IMG/VR virus record: IMGVR_UViG_3300016649_000397
Coordinates: 1-52,192 of that record
Source: a virus
Taxonomy: Duplodnaviria; Caudoviricetes
Length of the DNA: 52,192 nt
Reading direction: 5' to 3' (one strand)
Shown: in pieces, positions 9,276 to 19,009 of the stretch
Layout of the letters: the number at the start of each line of letters is the position of its first letter
Numbering within the stretch: the first letter of the stretch is position 1
Position numbers and translations under genes: made by a program
Notes under the pieces: model-generated
What the model was told of the DNA's origin: nothing
Databases searched by the model: none
The model's input: only the letters and a program-made list of their open reading frames with translations

Positions 9276-10882
9276 TCTGTACCTCCTGAATTATCTTGGT
9301 TTTGACCTCTTTCCGCCTGATCACCAGATTGTCTTGGATCAGAAGCACCTTCTGGTGTATCTGCTCTGGCATTTCTAGGCTGTGAGGATTGATTATTAGA
9401 ATTTCCTACTGGAGCACCCGGACCAGTCTGCTCCTTTTTAATTTTTGTCGGGAAAGGAAGCACTTCATCACCATCTGCTCTTTCTGGGAGACCCAGTGCA
9501 GATCTGACTTCGTTGGGTGCAATCACTTCTGTTCTCAGATATCTATCGTTAATTCTAGACTGAATATCTTCATCAATTAGGTCAATCTTCTTAAATCTCA
9601 TTGTGAAGAGATCTGTAAACTCCATCATAACTCTATTAATTCTTTTTTCAATAACTGACTGATCTGGACCGACAACTTGCATCTTAAATGTCTTGTCTGA
9701 GTCGCGTGAGACTGCAAGGTTTGCATTGTCATAAACACCAACCTTTGGAGCAGGAACTCTGTTAGCAACAAGAATTTCATCCCTGTTTGCTTTTCTATAT
9801 TTATCAAATGATGCGTCTTGAACACCAGCTTCTAACTTTTCAAACTTGATATCGCTATCAGCGCCAATAGAGGCAGGAATTGGAATAACAAGAGTACCAT
9901 GATTGCGACCTTTTACTTCTTTCCTAAAATAATTAATAAGTTCTTGCTTTGATTGATTACTTAATTTTGCACCCTTGACTATAACCGCATACCGAGGAAT
10001 AGCTTTATTTTCAAAATAATCAATGTTATATTCTTTTGCAAACTTATCGCCAACAATTGCAGCAGCAGCAGAAACTGAAGAAGGAACACCGTAATATGTA
10101 TTCTTAGGAGAGTAAATCTTAAAGTGAATGATCTCATTCGGTCTTGGATCTGAATTAATTGGGTCTTCTGTTTCTTGATCTCCGTAGTTTCTGAAGAAGA
10201 CCGCCGAGATTTTATTACTTCTTGCGATTTGGACAAAGCCATCTCTCTTCCTCCTTACCCGAACTAGTGTTCCGGGGATATGACCAATGTAACCAATTTG
10301 ACCAGAATTATTTCTACCTATTTCCAAATAGCCATTTCCAATTGTCAAAACATCTTGCCAAACCTTAATCATCGTCTCAATAAAAGTCTCTTCAAGGTTT
10401 ACATTTTCAAAAATTTCATCAAGTCTTTCTTTTTCATCTTGAAGCATTTTGCGAACACGACCAACTTTTTCTGGGTCGCCCATTGCTTTTTCAATTTTTC
10501 TCTTCGCCTTGGTTGTCTCTTCAAATTCAAAACCAACACCAACAGTATTCATCACTCTTGCCATTACGGAAGCATTGTGAATAGAGCTGGAATCAAATAA
10601 CCCAGCAAGAGTATCTAGATCATATGGTGGATTAACAATATCGTAAAGTGAATATCCATCAAGAGTTTCTGGATCAATATATTTTGTGCCAGTGCCATCT
10701 GTACCTTCAAACTTTTTGGACAACTTCATTGCCCGCCTCTTCATTCTTGGCGAGAGGGTAGAAAAAGATACTTTTGTAAATGGGTCATCAATAACCTGTT
10801 TGCTCTCTAAAGCAAGATATTCAATATCATCAATCTCTTGGACAGCATTACTATCTTCAATATGAACCATTTTTTTATCCAT
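9272..10882 (-). CDS. Portal protein
   Basis: GNGYLEIGRN, NEIIHFKIYSP..YYGVP, YFENKAIPRY, PNEVRSALGLP motifs. Confidence 0.9.
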   Translation of the reverse strand: MDKKMVHIEDSNAVQEIDDIEYLALESKQVIDDPFTKVSFSTLSPRMKRRAMKLSKKFEGTDGTGTKYIDPETLDGYSLYDIVNPPYDLDTLAGLFDSSSIHNASVMARVMNTVGVGFEFEETTKAKRKIEKAMGDPEKVGRVRKMLQDEKERLDEIFENVNLEETFIETMIKVWQDVLTIGNGYLEIGRNNSGQIGYIGHIPGTLVRVRRKRDGFVQIARSNKISAVFFRNYGDQETEDPINSDPRPNEIIHFKIYSPKNTYYGVPSSVSAAAAIVGDKFAKEYNIDYFENKAIPRYAVIVKGAKLSNQSKQELINYFRKEVKGRNHGTLVIPIPASIGADSDIKFEKLEAGVQDASFDKYRKANRDEILVANRVPAPKVGVYDNANLAVSRDSDKTFKMQVVGPDQSVIEKRINRVMMEFTDLFTMRFKKIDLIDEDIQSRINDRYLRTEVIAPNEVRSALGLPERADGDEVLPFPTKIKKEQTGPGAPVGNSNNQSSQPRNARADTPEGASDPRQSGDQAERGQNQDNSGGTE

Positions 10883-10884
10883 GA

Positions 10885-11205
10885 TTACCTCAGATTATCA
10901 AAAATATCCTCATATGGATCTGGAATCAGACCATCATTCAATCTTTCGGCTTGATCGTCTCGCTCACTTGCTGTAATCTTTCTTGCACCATGAACCCAAG
11001 CGACCTCACCTTCATCACTACCGGTCCAATATTTGGCTGCTTGGGTTACTCTTTTCTCAATATTTTCGTCACCAACAAAACCCTCAGCAGATAATACGCC
11101 ATCCCCGTCACTAAGAGGGCGACCATCTGGCATAATCCAAATACAGACTCCATAAGTCCTTGGCGGAACCCAGAGTTTTTTGTTTTTGACAATATCATGA
11201 CTCAT
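10885..11205 (-). CDS. Hypothetical protein upstream of portal
   Basis: Start MSHDIV lies just after a TACAAT -10 box. Confidence 0.6.
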   Translation of the reverse strand: MSHDIVKNKKLWVPPRTYGVCIWIMPDGRPLSDGDGVLSAEGFVGDENIEKRVTQAAKYWTGSDEGEVAWVHGARKITASERDDQAERLNDGLIPDPYEDIFDNLR

Positions 11206-11304
11206 TTGAATATATTGTACACCATTTTTATTAAAAAAAGAACAAAAATGACGAGTAGAGGTACAACTTTTCCCAGTTCCAATCAAATAATAGCATCTAA
11301 GAAC

Positions 11305-13233
11305 CTATTTTATCGGACAAGCGCCGGTTGAGCAGTTATCAAGAGCCAATTCATCCATGTTAGAACCAGCATTCAACTGAACAGAGAAGTCAATTCCTTT
11401 CAGAATCTTATTGTATTCGTCTTCTGAAATCTCCTCATAAGGAGGAAGTGGGAAATTGTGGTCAACATGGAGCAAAAACGACACAGACTTCACTGAATTA
11501 TCATAATTCTCTGCCAGCCATTTCTTCATTTCTGGCAATTCTTCTTTACGATAGTAAACAGTGACTGAAACAGCATTGTCTGCCCAGACAGTTTGCATCT
11601 TCTTAACCCATTCAAGCTGCTCAATGGCTGTCATCTCACTTGCAAGCACCGAGTTTTCTGGAGACTTGCAAGGAAATTCAACAACATAGCGAGTATGGTC
11701 TTCTCTTCCATCAAGACCAACATCCCAAACCACTTTGTATCCACGCTTTCTGCATGCTTCAACTAGTGGATCAGCAGAACCAAAACGAACTCTTCTAATA
11801 TAATACTTAGCAAAGGCAGGGTGAATACCAGGAGTTACTCCAGGAAGCAAAGACAGAGTGCCAGATGGCTGAACTGTTGTTAGTCTAACAGATGTAGGCC
11901 ATCCTTTTTCCTTGCTATACTCCTTATCAAACTTTCTAAGATTTTCATACACATCAGACAGCCACCCAATTTTTTCTTTAGAGCACTGAAGGATGCCTGT
12001 AATAGACTGGCCTAAGCGAGCATTCTTATGTACGATCTTATTTGTCTTATCATATGGATAGCTTAGTCTGGTAACTTGCTTTTGAATCTTATAAAGCAGA
12101 ACTGAAATTTGCTTGAACTGCTCGAGCGATTCAACATTGGGCAAGAAAATAGTTGCGAGGTTGCAAGACTCTCCATCAGCAAGAGCAATCTCTGCACATG
12201 GATTGAATCCTTCAATAGAAGGATCACTTGCATGTTCACCAAGTCTTCCAACAGATCTAGCAAGCTTTCTGTTCACAAGACCATATGGCTCACCAGAGCC
12301 ATCATAACCCTTCCAAAGCTCCGGCATAATTTGATCAAAGGCATCAGCGTAGATTGAATTATTACTATTTGCTCTCCAAGCAGGCACTGAGCCAGATGAC
12401 CAGTTCTTTGCTCGCAAGAAAAGAACATCGTCTGGATCACCGATTGCAATTTGTGCAGAACGACGAGACGAACCAGAGACAACAATTCGACCAATAATAT
12501 TGCAAATATCAAGCACATCTACTGAACGCAGTTTCTTACCGATACGATTGTTCAATACCTTGCAAATATCATCAATACCATCAACGAGCGCGCCAGGACC
12601 AGATGCGGTTCCACCAAATGTCTTCAATGGAGCGCCAAACTCACGAATAAGAACAGTTGAATATGTAAAACTCTTACCAGTGATAAAGTAAGATTCAAGA
12701 ACTTTGTGAAGTAACTCTCTCCAGCCCTGACGAGAATCTGGGACAATAAAATCGGAATCATTGCTCCGCTCTGCCTTGATTGATTTGACTTCCTTAACTT
12801 TCGGCAAGTCATGAATCTTTGATCTTTCAACAGAGAATCCAACTCCTCCACCAAGCATCAAATAATCAAACAGTAATTCAAAATCTTCAATCTTCTCAAT
12901 ATTTGTGAAGAAGCAATTATTTAGCGATGTGCCAGAAAATTTTGATACAAGCGGAGTGCCAAGTTGCCACAATGCTCGGCCGGCAACTGTGCAGCGCAAA
13001 TTATACATGTGATCAAACAATTGCTCTGCTTCTTTTTCTGTGAACGGAACGCCAATCTCAATTGCTCCGTCAATGATACGTTTAATGGTTTCAGTCCAAG
13101 TCTCTGTTCTGTCAAGACCATCAATCTTGCGACTATATGTTCGCAGGTAAACAATTTCACCCAATCCTCCAAAACCCCAAGGCGGAGTCTGATTGTTGTA
13201 CGAATTAATAAATTCCTGTGACAGGATTGACAT
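11305..13233 (-). CDS. nrdJ: Class II (B12-dependent) ribonucleotide reductase
   Basis: YLRTYSR, LNNC, GGGVGFS, RRSAQIA, NPCAEI, VQPSGT motifs; C-terminal CSTGACPIK. Confidence 0.92.
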   Translation of the reverse strand: MSILSQEFINSYNNQTPPWGFGGLGEIVYLRTYSRKIDGLDRTETWTETIKRIIDGAIEIGVPFTEKEAEQLFDHMYNLRCTVAGRALWQLGTPLVSKFSGTSLNNCFFTNIEKIEDFELLFDYLMLGGGVGFSVERSKIHDLPKVKEVKSIKAERSNDSDFIVPDSRQGWRELLHKVLESYFITGKSFTYSTVLIREFGAPLKTFGGTASGPGALVDGIDDICKVLNNRIGKKLRSVDVLDICNIIGRIVVSGSSRRSAQIAIGDPDDVLFLRAKNWSSGSVPAWRANSNNSIYADAFDQIMPELWKGYDGSGEPYGLVNRKLARSVGRLGEHASDPSIEGFNPCAEIALADGESCNLATIFLPNVESLEQFKQISVLLYKIQKQVTRLSYPYDKTNKIVHKNARLGQSITGILQCSKEKIGWLSDVYENLRKFDKEYSKEKGWPTSVRLTTVQPSGTLSLLPGVTPGIHPAFAKYYIRRVRFGSADPLVEACRKRGYKVVWDVGLDGREDHTRYVVEFPCKSPENSVLASEMTAIEQLEWVKKMQTVWADNAVSVTVYYRKEELPEMKKWLAENYDNSVKSVSFLLHVDHNFPLPPYEEISEDEYNKILKGIDFSVQLNAGSNMDELALDNCSTGACPIK

Positions 13234-13304
13234 AACACCTCCAAAAAGATAGAAATACAATTTTATTAGACGACTTGCGTAAAGTCAAAAAATAATACTA
13301 AGGA

Positions 13305-14318
13305 CTACGAAAAAGATTTTTCGTAAAATTCCAAACGCTCGAGAATCTTAGCAGCGGTAGAGTCCCAAGACCACTCAGAGTGAAGAATTTTTGCCGACTT
13401 GACAAAAAATTTTTTAACATCATCATATTCGCTGACAACATTTTCCATAAGATCAACAAGTTCATCAAAATCTGGACTTGCCCACTCGCCAGTATCTGTT
13501 GCATATAGTTGATCATTCCACATTGCCTTATCCAAATTTGCACTTAATGGAATTGCGTAATGTGCAAAATCCGCACAACCAGTAAGATTTGTTACAATTG
13601 TTGGAAGTCCAGTTGCAATTGCCTCAAAGGGAATCATTCCAAAACCTTCACCCATTGTTGGATAAATTAAACAATGCGCCTTGTGATAAAGAGCAACCAG
13701 GTCATCAAGGCCTAGGCTTTCTGGAATCGCTACAATTTGTGGATGCAATGACGCCGGCAATAAACGACCGTTGATATATACTTCAGCAAGACAAAATTTA
13801 TCATATTTCAAAATAAGTCTAAAATCCTTATTGCCTTCATATAACTCAAGAAATGCATCAACTGCCATTTGAGCATTTTTTCGTTTTGAATCTCCGCCAA
13901 TATGCAAAAAATTAAATGTTGATGTTAATTCCCTTTCAACGATTTTAAAATCTTCTGATATACCATGGGGAATAACATGAATGTTTGCATTAACATTATG
14001 AGATTCGTAAACACTTTTTACAAAATTTGATGTTGTCCAAATCTCATCACAGCGCCGCATGTTTTCTAACCAATGTGAAGGAATTTTTGTAGATTCCCAT
14101 GGCGTATATCCAACTGTGTATTTTGAATTAAATTGATAATAAGTTGCTGGACAAAAATTAATATGATAATTAATATCTGGTCGATTATAAAAAACAGCAC
14201 ATTGTTTTTTCTGTAGGGCCTTAATGGTTAATAGCGCAGCATTAACATATCCAGGACTAAACCAATTCTCGCCAGATGCGTCTTGACGATTCAAACTAAA
14301 CCAACTAATTTTTTTCAT
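13305..14318 (-). CDS. GT-B fold glycosyltransferase (GT4-like)
   Basis: YTPWES, IPHG, RKN, EGFGMIPFEAIATGLP motifs. Confidence 0.85.
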   Translation of the reverse strand: MKKISWFSLNRQDASGENWFSPGYVNAALLTIKALQKKQCAVFYNRPDINYHINFCPATYYQFNSKYTVGYTPWESTKIPSHWLENMRRCDEIWTTSNFVKSVYESHNVNANIHVIPHGISEDFKIVERELTSTFNFLHIGGDSKRKNAQMAVDAFLELYEGNKDFRLILKYDKFCLAEVYINGRLLPASLHPQIVAIPESLGLDDLVALYHKAHCLIYPTMGEGFGMIPFEAIATGLPTIVTNLTGCADFAHYAIPLSANLDKAMWNDQLYATDTGEWASPDFDELVDLMENVVSEYDDVKKFFVKSAKILHSEWSWDSTAAKILERLEFYEKSFS

Positions 14319-14329
14319 TGTGCTTCCTT

Positions 14330-14569
14330 TTATAGAGAGTTTTCGGTCAGGGAGGAAACATTTATACATTTAACTCCCTTTCTGATTAAAGCACTTGCCG
14401 TGCCTCCGGAAATTTCACAACTAATAGGTTGGTTAGTAAAAACACATCTTGCAGCCGCTAGAAAAAAACTATCTACCCGGATAATACTAATATGTTCCGG
14501 ATCAAGAATAACCGCAGGTCCGTAATCATCTGATTCAACTACTGCGACGATCTGCATAACATCTACCAT
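14330..14569 (-). CDS. Hypothetical protein
   Basis: First gene of the leftward unit; ORF only. Confidence 0.5.
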   Translation of the reverse strand: MVDVMQIVAVVESDDYGPAVILDPEHISIIRVDSFFLAAARCVFTNQPISCEISGGTASALIRKGVKCINVSSLTENSL

Positions 14570-14616
14570 AGCATTGTTTTTTTTATTTTCATACCTTTTG
14601 TGTTTTTTTTGAAAAA

Positions 14617-14732
14617 GTCTGTATGCTTAGTTATACTAAGTATGTATAGTATACTAGTTATATATTAAGTATATTAAGTATACTTGATATACTTAGTATA
14701 CTTAGCATGCTATGCATGCGTAAGCATATCAG
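14617..14732. repeat. AT-rich cluster of AGTATACT-type palindromes (possible origin)
   Basis: TAGTATACTA 14647, AAGTATACTT 14677, AGTATACT 14695; flanked by TATGCTTA/TAAGCATA inverted repeat; between divergent units. Confidence 0.6.
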
Positions 14733-14793
14733 ATTTTTTCACTTCACGTGACAAATTTGCAATTTTTCTGGTATGCTCTCGCCAGGAGGTTAT

Positions 14794-14964
14794 ATGAGTA
14801 AAATTATAACAGCAATTCTCTGGCTAGTGATTACATCTTTAATCTTAAGATATTCTTTGATTTTTGGTTTTGATCATGATACCGGAATTATTGGATCGTC
14901 TTTATTGTCTTTTTTGGTCTTATGGCTTTATGCTTTTTTTAAGACACCGACTAGAGGCAAGTAA
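14794..14964 (+). CDS. Small protein with two predicted transmembrane segments
   Basis: AGGAGG RBS before MSKII; two hydrophobic stretches. Confidence 0.6.
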   Translation: MSKIITAILWLVITSLILRYSLIFGFDHDTGIIGSSLLSFLVLWLYAFFKTPTRGK

Positions 14965-15287
14965 TGCGTATTGTAAATTACGATGAAGATATTGAGTATG
15001 AAGATATCCCTTCTCTTCAGGTTGTAATAAAAGCCGTTCCTTTTGAAAACAACTACATACCTTCATTGATAATTATGTCTCCAGATCAAGAATACCCAAT
15101 GTCAATTGATGAACTTAATGCTTTAATGGATGGCATAGAAATTGCAAAAAATAAAATAGATGAAATAATTTCTTATATTTTAAAATCAAAAATTTTTGAT
15201 AAAAATGGAAACGATATGTATCAGTTTAACTTAGAAGACGCAGAAGATCTTGACGAGGTAGAAATTGAAGAGGAGGATGATGAATAA
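14964..15287 (+). CDS. Acidic hypothetical protein
   Basis: TAATG stop/start coupling. Confidence 0.6.
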   Translation: MRIVNYDEDIEYEDIPSLQVVIKAVPFENNYIPSLIIMSPDQEYPMSIDELNALMDGIEIAKNKIDEIISYILKSKIFDKNGNDMYQFNLEDAEDLDEVEIEEEDDE

Positions 15288-15583
15288 TGCAAGTTCATAT
15301 CCTTGGTGGAAAAATTAAAGATTTTCCCTACCCCGACAGATCATGTCCATTTTGTAATAAAGTTTTATATGTTGTAAATGCTATTCATGTACAGGAAGAT
15401 AAATTTCAATATAAAGCGTTATATTTTTGCACAAATCCAAACTGTAGCGCATATGATGAAGGTGCTAGAAAAGCTTATGCCAGAATAGTATATTCTTCAG
15501 AAGATGCATTTCAGGCTTTTCACAGAATAGAAATACCGGTCCAAAGATGGTCAAAAGAAGATTTGGTTAGCTATTATCAATAA
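15287..15583 (+). CDS. Zinc-ribbon protein
   Basis: CPFC and CTNPNC pairs. Confidence 0.6.
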   Translation: MQVHILGGKIKDFPYPDRSCPFCNKVLYVVNAIHVQEDKFQYKALYFCTNPNCSAYDEGARKAYARIVYSSEDAFQAFHRIEIPVQRWSKEDLVSYYQ

Positions 15584-15604
15584 ATAATGGTATTATATAT
15601 AATT

Positions 15605-16504
15605 ATGCCAGTTGAGTCATGTTCCTTTGAAGGTAAGCCCGGTTTTAGATGGGGCAACCAAGGTAAGTGCTATACGTACACAGCCGGAAGCGAATCATCT
15701 ATGGAAAATGCAAGACGCTCTGCTCAAAAACAAGGTTTGGCAGCAAGATTGTCTGGTTACATGGAAAAGGAAAATGAAGTAACTACTCAATCAATGGGCT
15801 CTGGAATTAAAAACCCGCAACAGGGATACCCACAACCCAAAAAGAAAAAAAAGAAGAATGTTATTCTTGATGACATTGTAAAAAATCTTGATACTTGGTT
15901 TAGGGAGCGATGGGTTGATATTTCAAGACCAAAGCCGGGTGGCGGTTTTGAACCTTGTGGTAGATCAGACGCAAGCACTGGCAAATATCCCAAATGCGTT
16001 CCGGCAGCAAGAGCTGCAAGGATGTCCCCCGAGCAAATCAGATCAGCTGTGCAGAGGAAGCGCCGCGCAGAATCTACCCAGACAAGGGAAGATAAAAAAC
16101 CAATTTATGTCTCAACAGAAAAACGAGAAGTTTCTACTCAGGAAAGAGAGAGATTGGCTAGCCGTGGTGCAGCAATGCCTGACGGATCTTACCCAATAGC
16201 AACTGTTCAAGATTTAAGAAATGCAATACAGTCTTTTGGTCGTGCAAAGAATCCAGCAGCTGTTAAAAGGCATATTATTCGCCGCGCAAGAGCGCTTGGC
16301 GCAATTAAAGAACTTCCAGAGTCTTGGACAGGTGGGGAAATGCAAAAAGCATCAAGAAATGTCCCCACAAACCCATCCCTTTATGCTAGAGTAAAAGCAG
16401 AAGCGAAAAGGAAGTTTGATGTTTATCCATCAGCATATGCAAATGCTTGGCTTGTCAGAGAATACAAGCGTCGTGGTGGAGGATACAGGGCGGTTTCAAA
16501 ATGA
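15605..16504 (+). CDS. Basic mosaic protein of small phage head-associated domains (DUF5872-like)
   Basis: WFRERWVDI..CGR..YPKCVP; MPDGSYPI..DLRNAI; YPSAYANAWLVREYKRRGG motifs. Confidence 0.6.
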   Translation: MPVESCSFEGKPGFRWGNQGKCYTYTAGSESSMENARRSAQKQGLAARLSGYMEKENEVTTQSMGSGIKNPQQGYPQPKKKKKKNVILDDIVKNLDTWFRERWVDISRPKPGGGFEPCGRSDASTGKYPKCVPAARAARMSPEQIRSAVQRKRRAESTQTREDKKPIYVSTEKREVSTQERERLASRGAAMPDGSYPIATVQDLRNAIQSFGRAKNPAAVKRHIIRRARALGAIKELPESWTGGEMQKASRNVPTNPSLYARVKAEAKRKFDVYPSAYANAWLVREYKRRGGGYRAVSK

Positions 16505-17163
16505 ATGCTATTAATAAAATAGCAGAAGATCTTGATGAGCAGGAAGCAGTCCTTGCTGACTTGCTTATTGCAATAACTCAACGATACGGTAAGTTTAATG
16601 AGGATAGTGTTGGCGTTTGGGCCGGTTATGATTCCGCAGAAGAGAATGATGTTGCAGATATTGGTGTTAAGTGCGCTAATTGCGTTCTTTATGAAGGCGA
16701 AGGTGTTTGTAAGATTGTTGCTCATGCCGTTGAGCCAGAAGGTAAGTGCAGATTTGCCATTATTCCAGATGGAGTTGTTCAGTTAGAAGAGGATGAGACA
16801 ATGGGCAACGAAATGAAAGATGAAAATGAAATGGAAGAGGACGAGGAAGAAGAAAAGAATGGTGAAGAAGAAGAGGAAGACGAAGAGTTAGAACCAAGTC
16901 TAAAGCTCCGCCAACAAATGCATTATGAAGTTCTAGAATCCATTGCTGAAAAATACGGCAAATGGGATCAGAGTGCCGGAGCTAATGGAGCCCACTACGC
17001 TCCGGCAGAAGTAAACCCCTTTAAAGAGCAGGGCATGATTTGTGCCAACTGTATATTCTATGAAGGTGGTCAGGTTTGTGAAATAGTTTCTGGTACAATT
17101 GAACCCGAAGCAATTTGCAAGCTTTGGATTATAGATGAGTCTCTTTTGAGACAGTCTGAATAA
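16501..17163 (+). CDS. Acidic protein with two HiPIP-like 4-Cys repeats
   Basis: CANCVLYEG..VCKIV...EPEGKC and CANCIFYEG..VCEIV...EPEAIC. Confidence 0.6.
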   Translation: MNAINKIAEDLDEQEAVLADLLIAITQRYGKFNEDSVGVWAGYDSAEENDVADIGVKCANCVLYEGEGVCKIVAHAVEPEGKCRFAIIPDGVVQLEEDETMGNEMKDENEMEEDEEEEKNGEEEEEDEELEPSLKLRQQMHYEVLESIAEKYGKWDQSAGANGAHYAPAEVNPFKEQGMICANCIFYEGGQVCEIVSGTIEPEAICKLWIIDESLLRQSE

Positions 17164-17174
17164 TAGGAGGAAAA

Positions 17175-17543
17175 ATGAAATTTATTAATATTCCGGTTGA
17201 TAACGCGGAAAAAATGGTTGAGCAGCACAAGTTTCTTTTAAAAGAAGCTCTTCGTGCAGCAGCATATCATCAAGATCAAATTGATGCTCTTTCTAAGGCT
17301 GTTAAAGATGTTACTTTTATGCTGACGGAAACAAAACAAACAGTATCTGGTTCTGATACAGGCAGTACAGATGTTGGCGATACAAATCCGGTTCCAGCCC
17401 CAATTACAAATCATAATGACGATGGCGCAGTTGAGGTTGTGAAGAAAAACGATCTGATTGAATTAATCAAGCAGTATGAAGAAAAGCATGGTAAGTTTGA
17501 CATTGATGCAGACATCATTGCAAGCTTTCTTTTAACAAAGTAA
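17175..17543 (+). CDS. Hypothetical protein
   Basis: AGGAGG RBS. Confidence 0.6.
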   Translation: MKFINIPVDNAEKMVEQHKFLLKEALRAAAYHQDQIDALSKAVKDVTFMLTETKQTVSGSDTGSTDVGDTNPVPAPITNHNDDGAVEVVKKNDLIELIKQYEEKHGKFDIDADIIASFLLTK

Positions 17544-17547
17544 AACA

Positions 17548-17778
17548 ATGGAAGCGGTATTAGTTGCAGTTATTACTGCCGTTGGTGGTGTGCTGGCTGT
17601 ATTAGTTCAAAAAAGTAGAGAAGAGAATAAAGAAGATCATGGTAAGGTAATGGAAAAACTTATTGATCTTCATAAAGACGTTCATCATGTTGAAATTAAA
17701 ATGGATCATGTTGAAGAAAAACTTGACTCTCATCTTTTAGACCATTCAAAAGAAAAAGTTAAAACAAAGAAAAAATAA
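17548..17778 (+). CDS. Small membrane protein with a coiled-coil tail (holin-like size)
   Basis: N-terminal transmembrane segment followed by a charged helix. Confidence 0.55.
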   Translation: MEAVLVAVITAVGGVLAVLVQKSREENKEDHGKVMEKLIDLHKDVHHVEIKMDHVEEKLDSHLLDHSKEKVKTKKK

Positions 17779-17858
17779 GTCGCTGGGCGACAATTCTGGG
17801 TTTGAAGTATTCTGCAAGGTTATTTCAGGCGTATAGGATTGCTCGCCCACTTATTTTT
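17771..17858 (+). ncRNA. Long interrupted hairpin (structured RNA or extended terminator)
   Basis: Four nested stems ending in a loop that contains GCAA. Confidence 0.45.
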
Positions 17859-17912
17859 AAAATAACTTTACAAACGCCATTTTAATTTTATTTTGTATGC
17901 TAGTATGTGTTC

Positions 17913-18401
17913 ATGAGCGACACATCAGAAACCCCAAAGCAAGAAGAATCTAATCAATGGAAGATCCCATTCTCTGAAGTTGAAAAACGTTATGAGCAAG
18001 CGATGCAGCAACTTGGCGATATTTATAAAAAGGCGGAAAGGGAAGTCTCCAGTGTTTTTTATGGTTACTACAAAGGCTGGAATATTCCAAAAATTGTAAG
18101 ACATTATTCTGTTCCGGTAGACTTGGCAAAAGAAGTTTGGAATAAATTAGGATTTGGTGAGCAAGGGGGTGAAGTTAAAGTGACAAGAACGCGGTCAAAG
18201 CAAGAAACAATTGTTGGATTTTTAAAATCGAATGTTGGCAAAGTTGTTACACCGGCAGAAGTTTCTAGCAATTTGAATATTTCTCTTCCGACTTTCTATA
18301 ACTTTTATAATGCAAATAGACATTTCTTTAGAAAAGTTAAGAGGGGTACATTTGAGATTCTTAATCCAGATGTTGAAAGAGCCAATAAAGAAAATCAATA
18401 A
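17913..18401 (+). CDS. Putative (winged) HTH DNA-binding protein
   Basis: TPAEVSSNLNISLPTFYNF...VKRGTFEI; TGCTAGTAT -10 lies 6 nt before the ATG. Confidence 0.55.
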   Translation: MSDTSETPKQEESNQWKIPFSEVEKRYEQAMQQLGDIYKKAEREVSSVFYGYYKGWNIPKIVRHYSVPVDLAKEVWNKLGFGEQGGEVKVTRTRSKQETIVGFLKSNVGKVVTPAEVSSNLNISLPTFYNFYNANRHFFRKVKRGTFEILNPDVERANKENQ

Positions 18402-18421
18402 AACACAGCTTGCTCCCATCC

Positions 18422-19009
18422 ATGACAGTAATTAAGACCTCATACTCTACAAATGAAAACATGACGTGGGAGCAAGCTGCTTTTCAAGCAGCAGAACAAA
18501 TCTGGCATCGCCATACAACATATAAAAATTTCAGCATACCGCCTTTTCTTAATGCTTTTGAATCTGAAATTTCTAATTTAAGAAATGCAATTGACTATTA
18601 TATTAAATCAGATTTATATTTGGAAAAAATAGAATGTTCGGTTGAAAATAGAAAAGACCGCGATGAGCACAAATATCTTTGGTGCGTCATGGCATCTAAT
18701 GCAATTAAAGGAATAGGAGCACTTTTTCCAGAACAAAAAATACAAATGTTAGATGTTCTTCTTGTTGTTATTAATAAACAAAAAGATTATGGTCATAACA
18801 ATGTTGCAATGTTTGGAATAACCGGATTGGTAATTAGGCTTCATGATAAAATTGCAAGAGCAGAAAATCTTATGGATAATCGAAAAATGAAAAACGCTGT
18901 TCAAGGCGAAAGCCTGTATGATACTTTCTTAGATATAATTGGCTATTCAATTATTGCATTAATGTGGTTAAATAACACTTTTATGTATGAGTTGGGAGAT
19001 TCTAAATGA
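18422..19009 (+). CDS. DUF1599/nucleotide-modification-associated domain protein
   Basis: KQKDYG...IRLHDKIAR...ESLYDTFLDIIGYSII; start uncertain. Confidence 0.7.
   Translation: MTVIKTSYSTNENMTWEQAAFQAAEQIWHRHTTYKNFSIPPFLNAFESEISNLRNAIDYYIKSDLYLEKIECSVENRKDRDEHKYLWCVMASNAIKGIGALFPEQKIQMLDVLLVVINKQKDYGHNNVAMFGITGLVIRLHDKIARAENLMDNRKMKNAVQGESLYDTFLDIIGYSIIALMWLNNTFMYELGDSK

Noticed and set aside
13234-13304. Cobalamin riboswitch upstream of nrdJ
   Set aside because: The gap is only about 70 bp and has no B12-box
17771-17858. SRP (4.5S) RNA identity for the long hairpin
   Set aside because: Lacks the conserved helix-8 CAGG...GGAA...AGCA pattern
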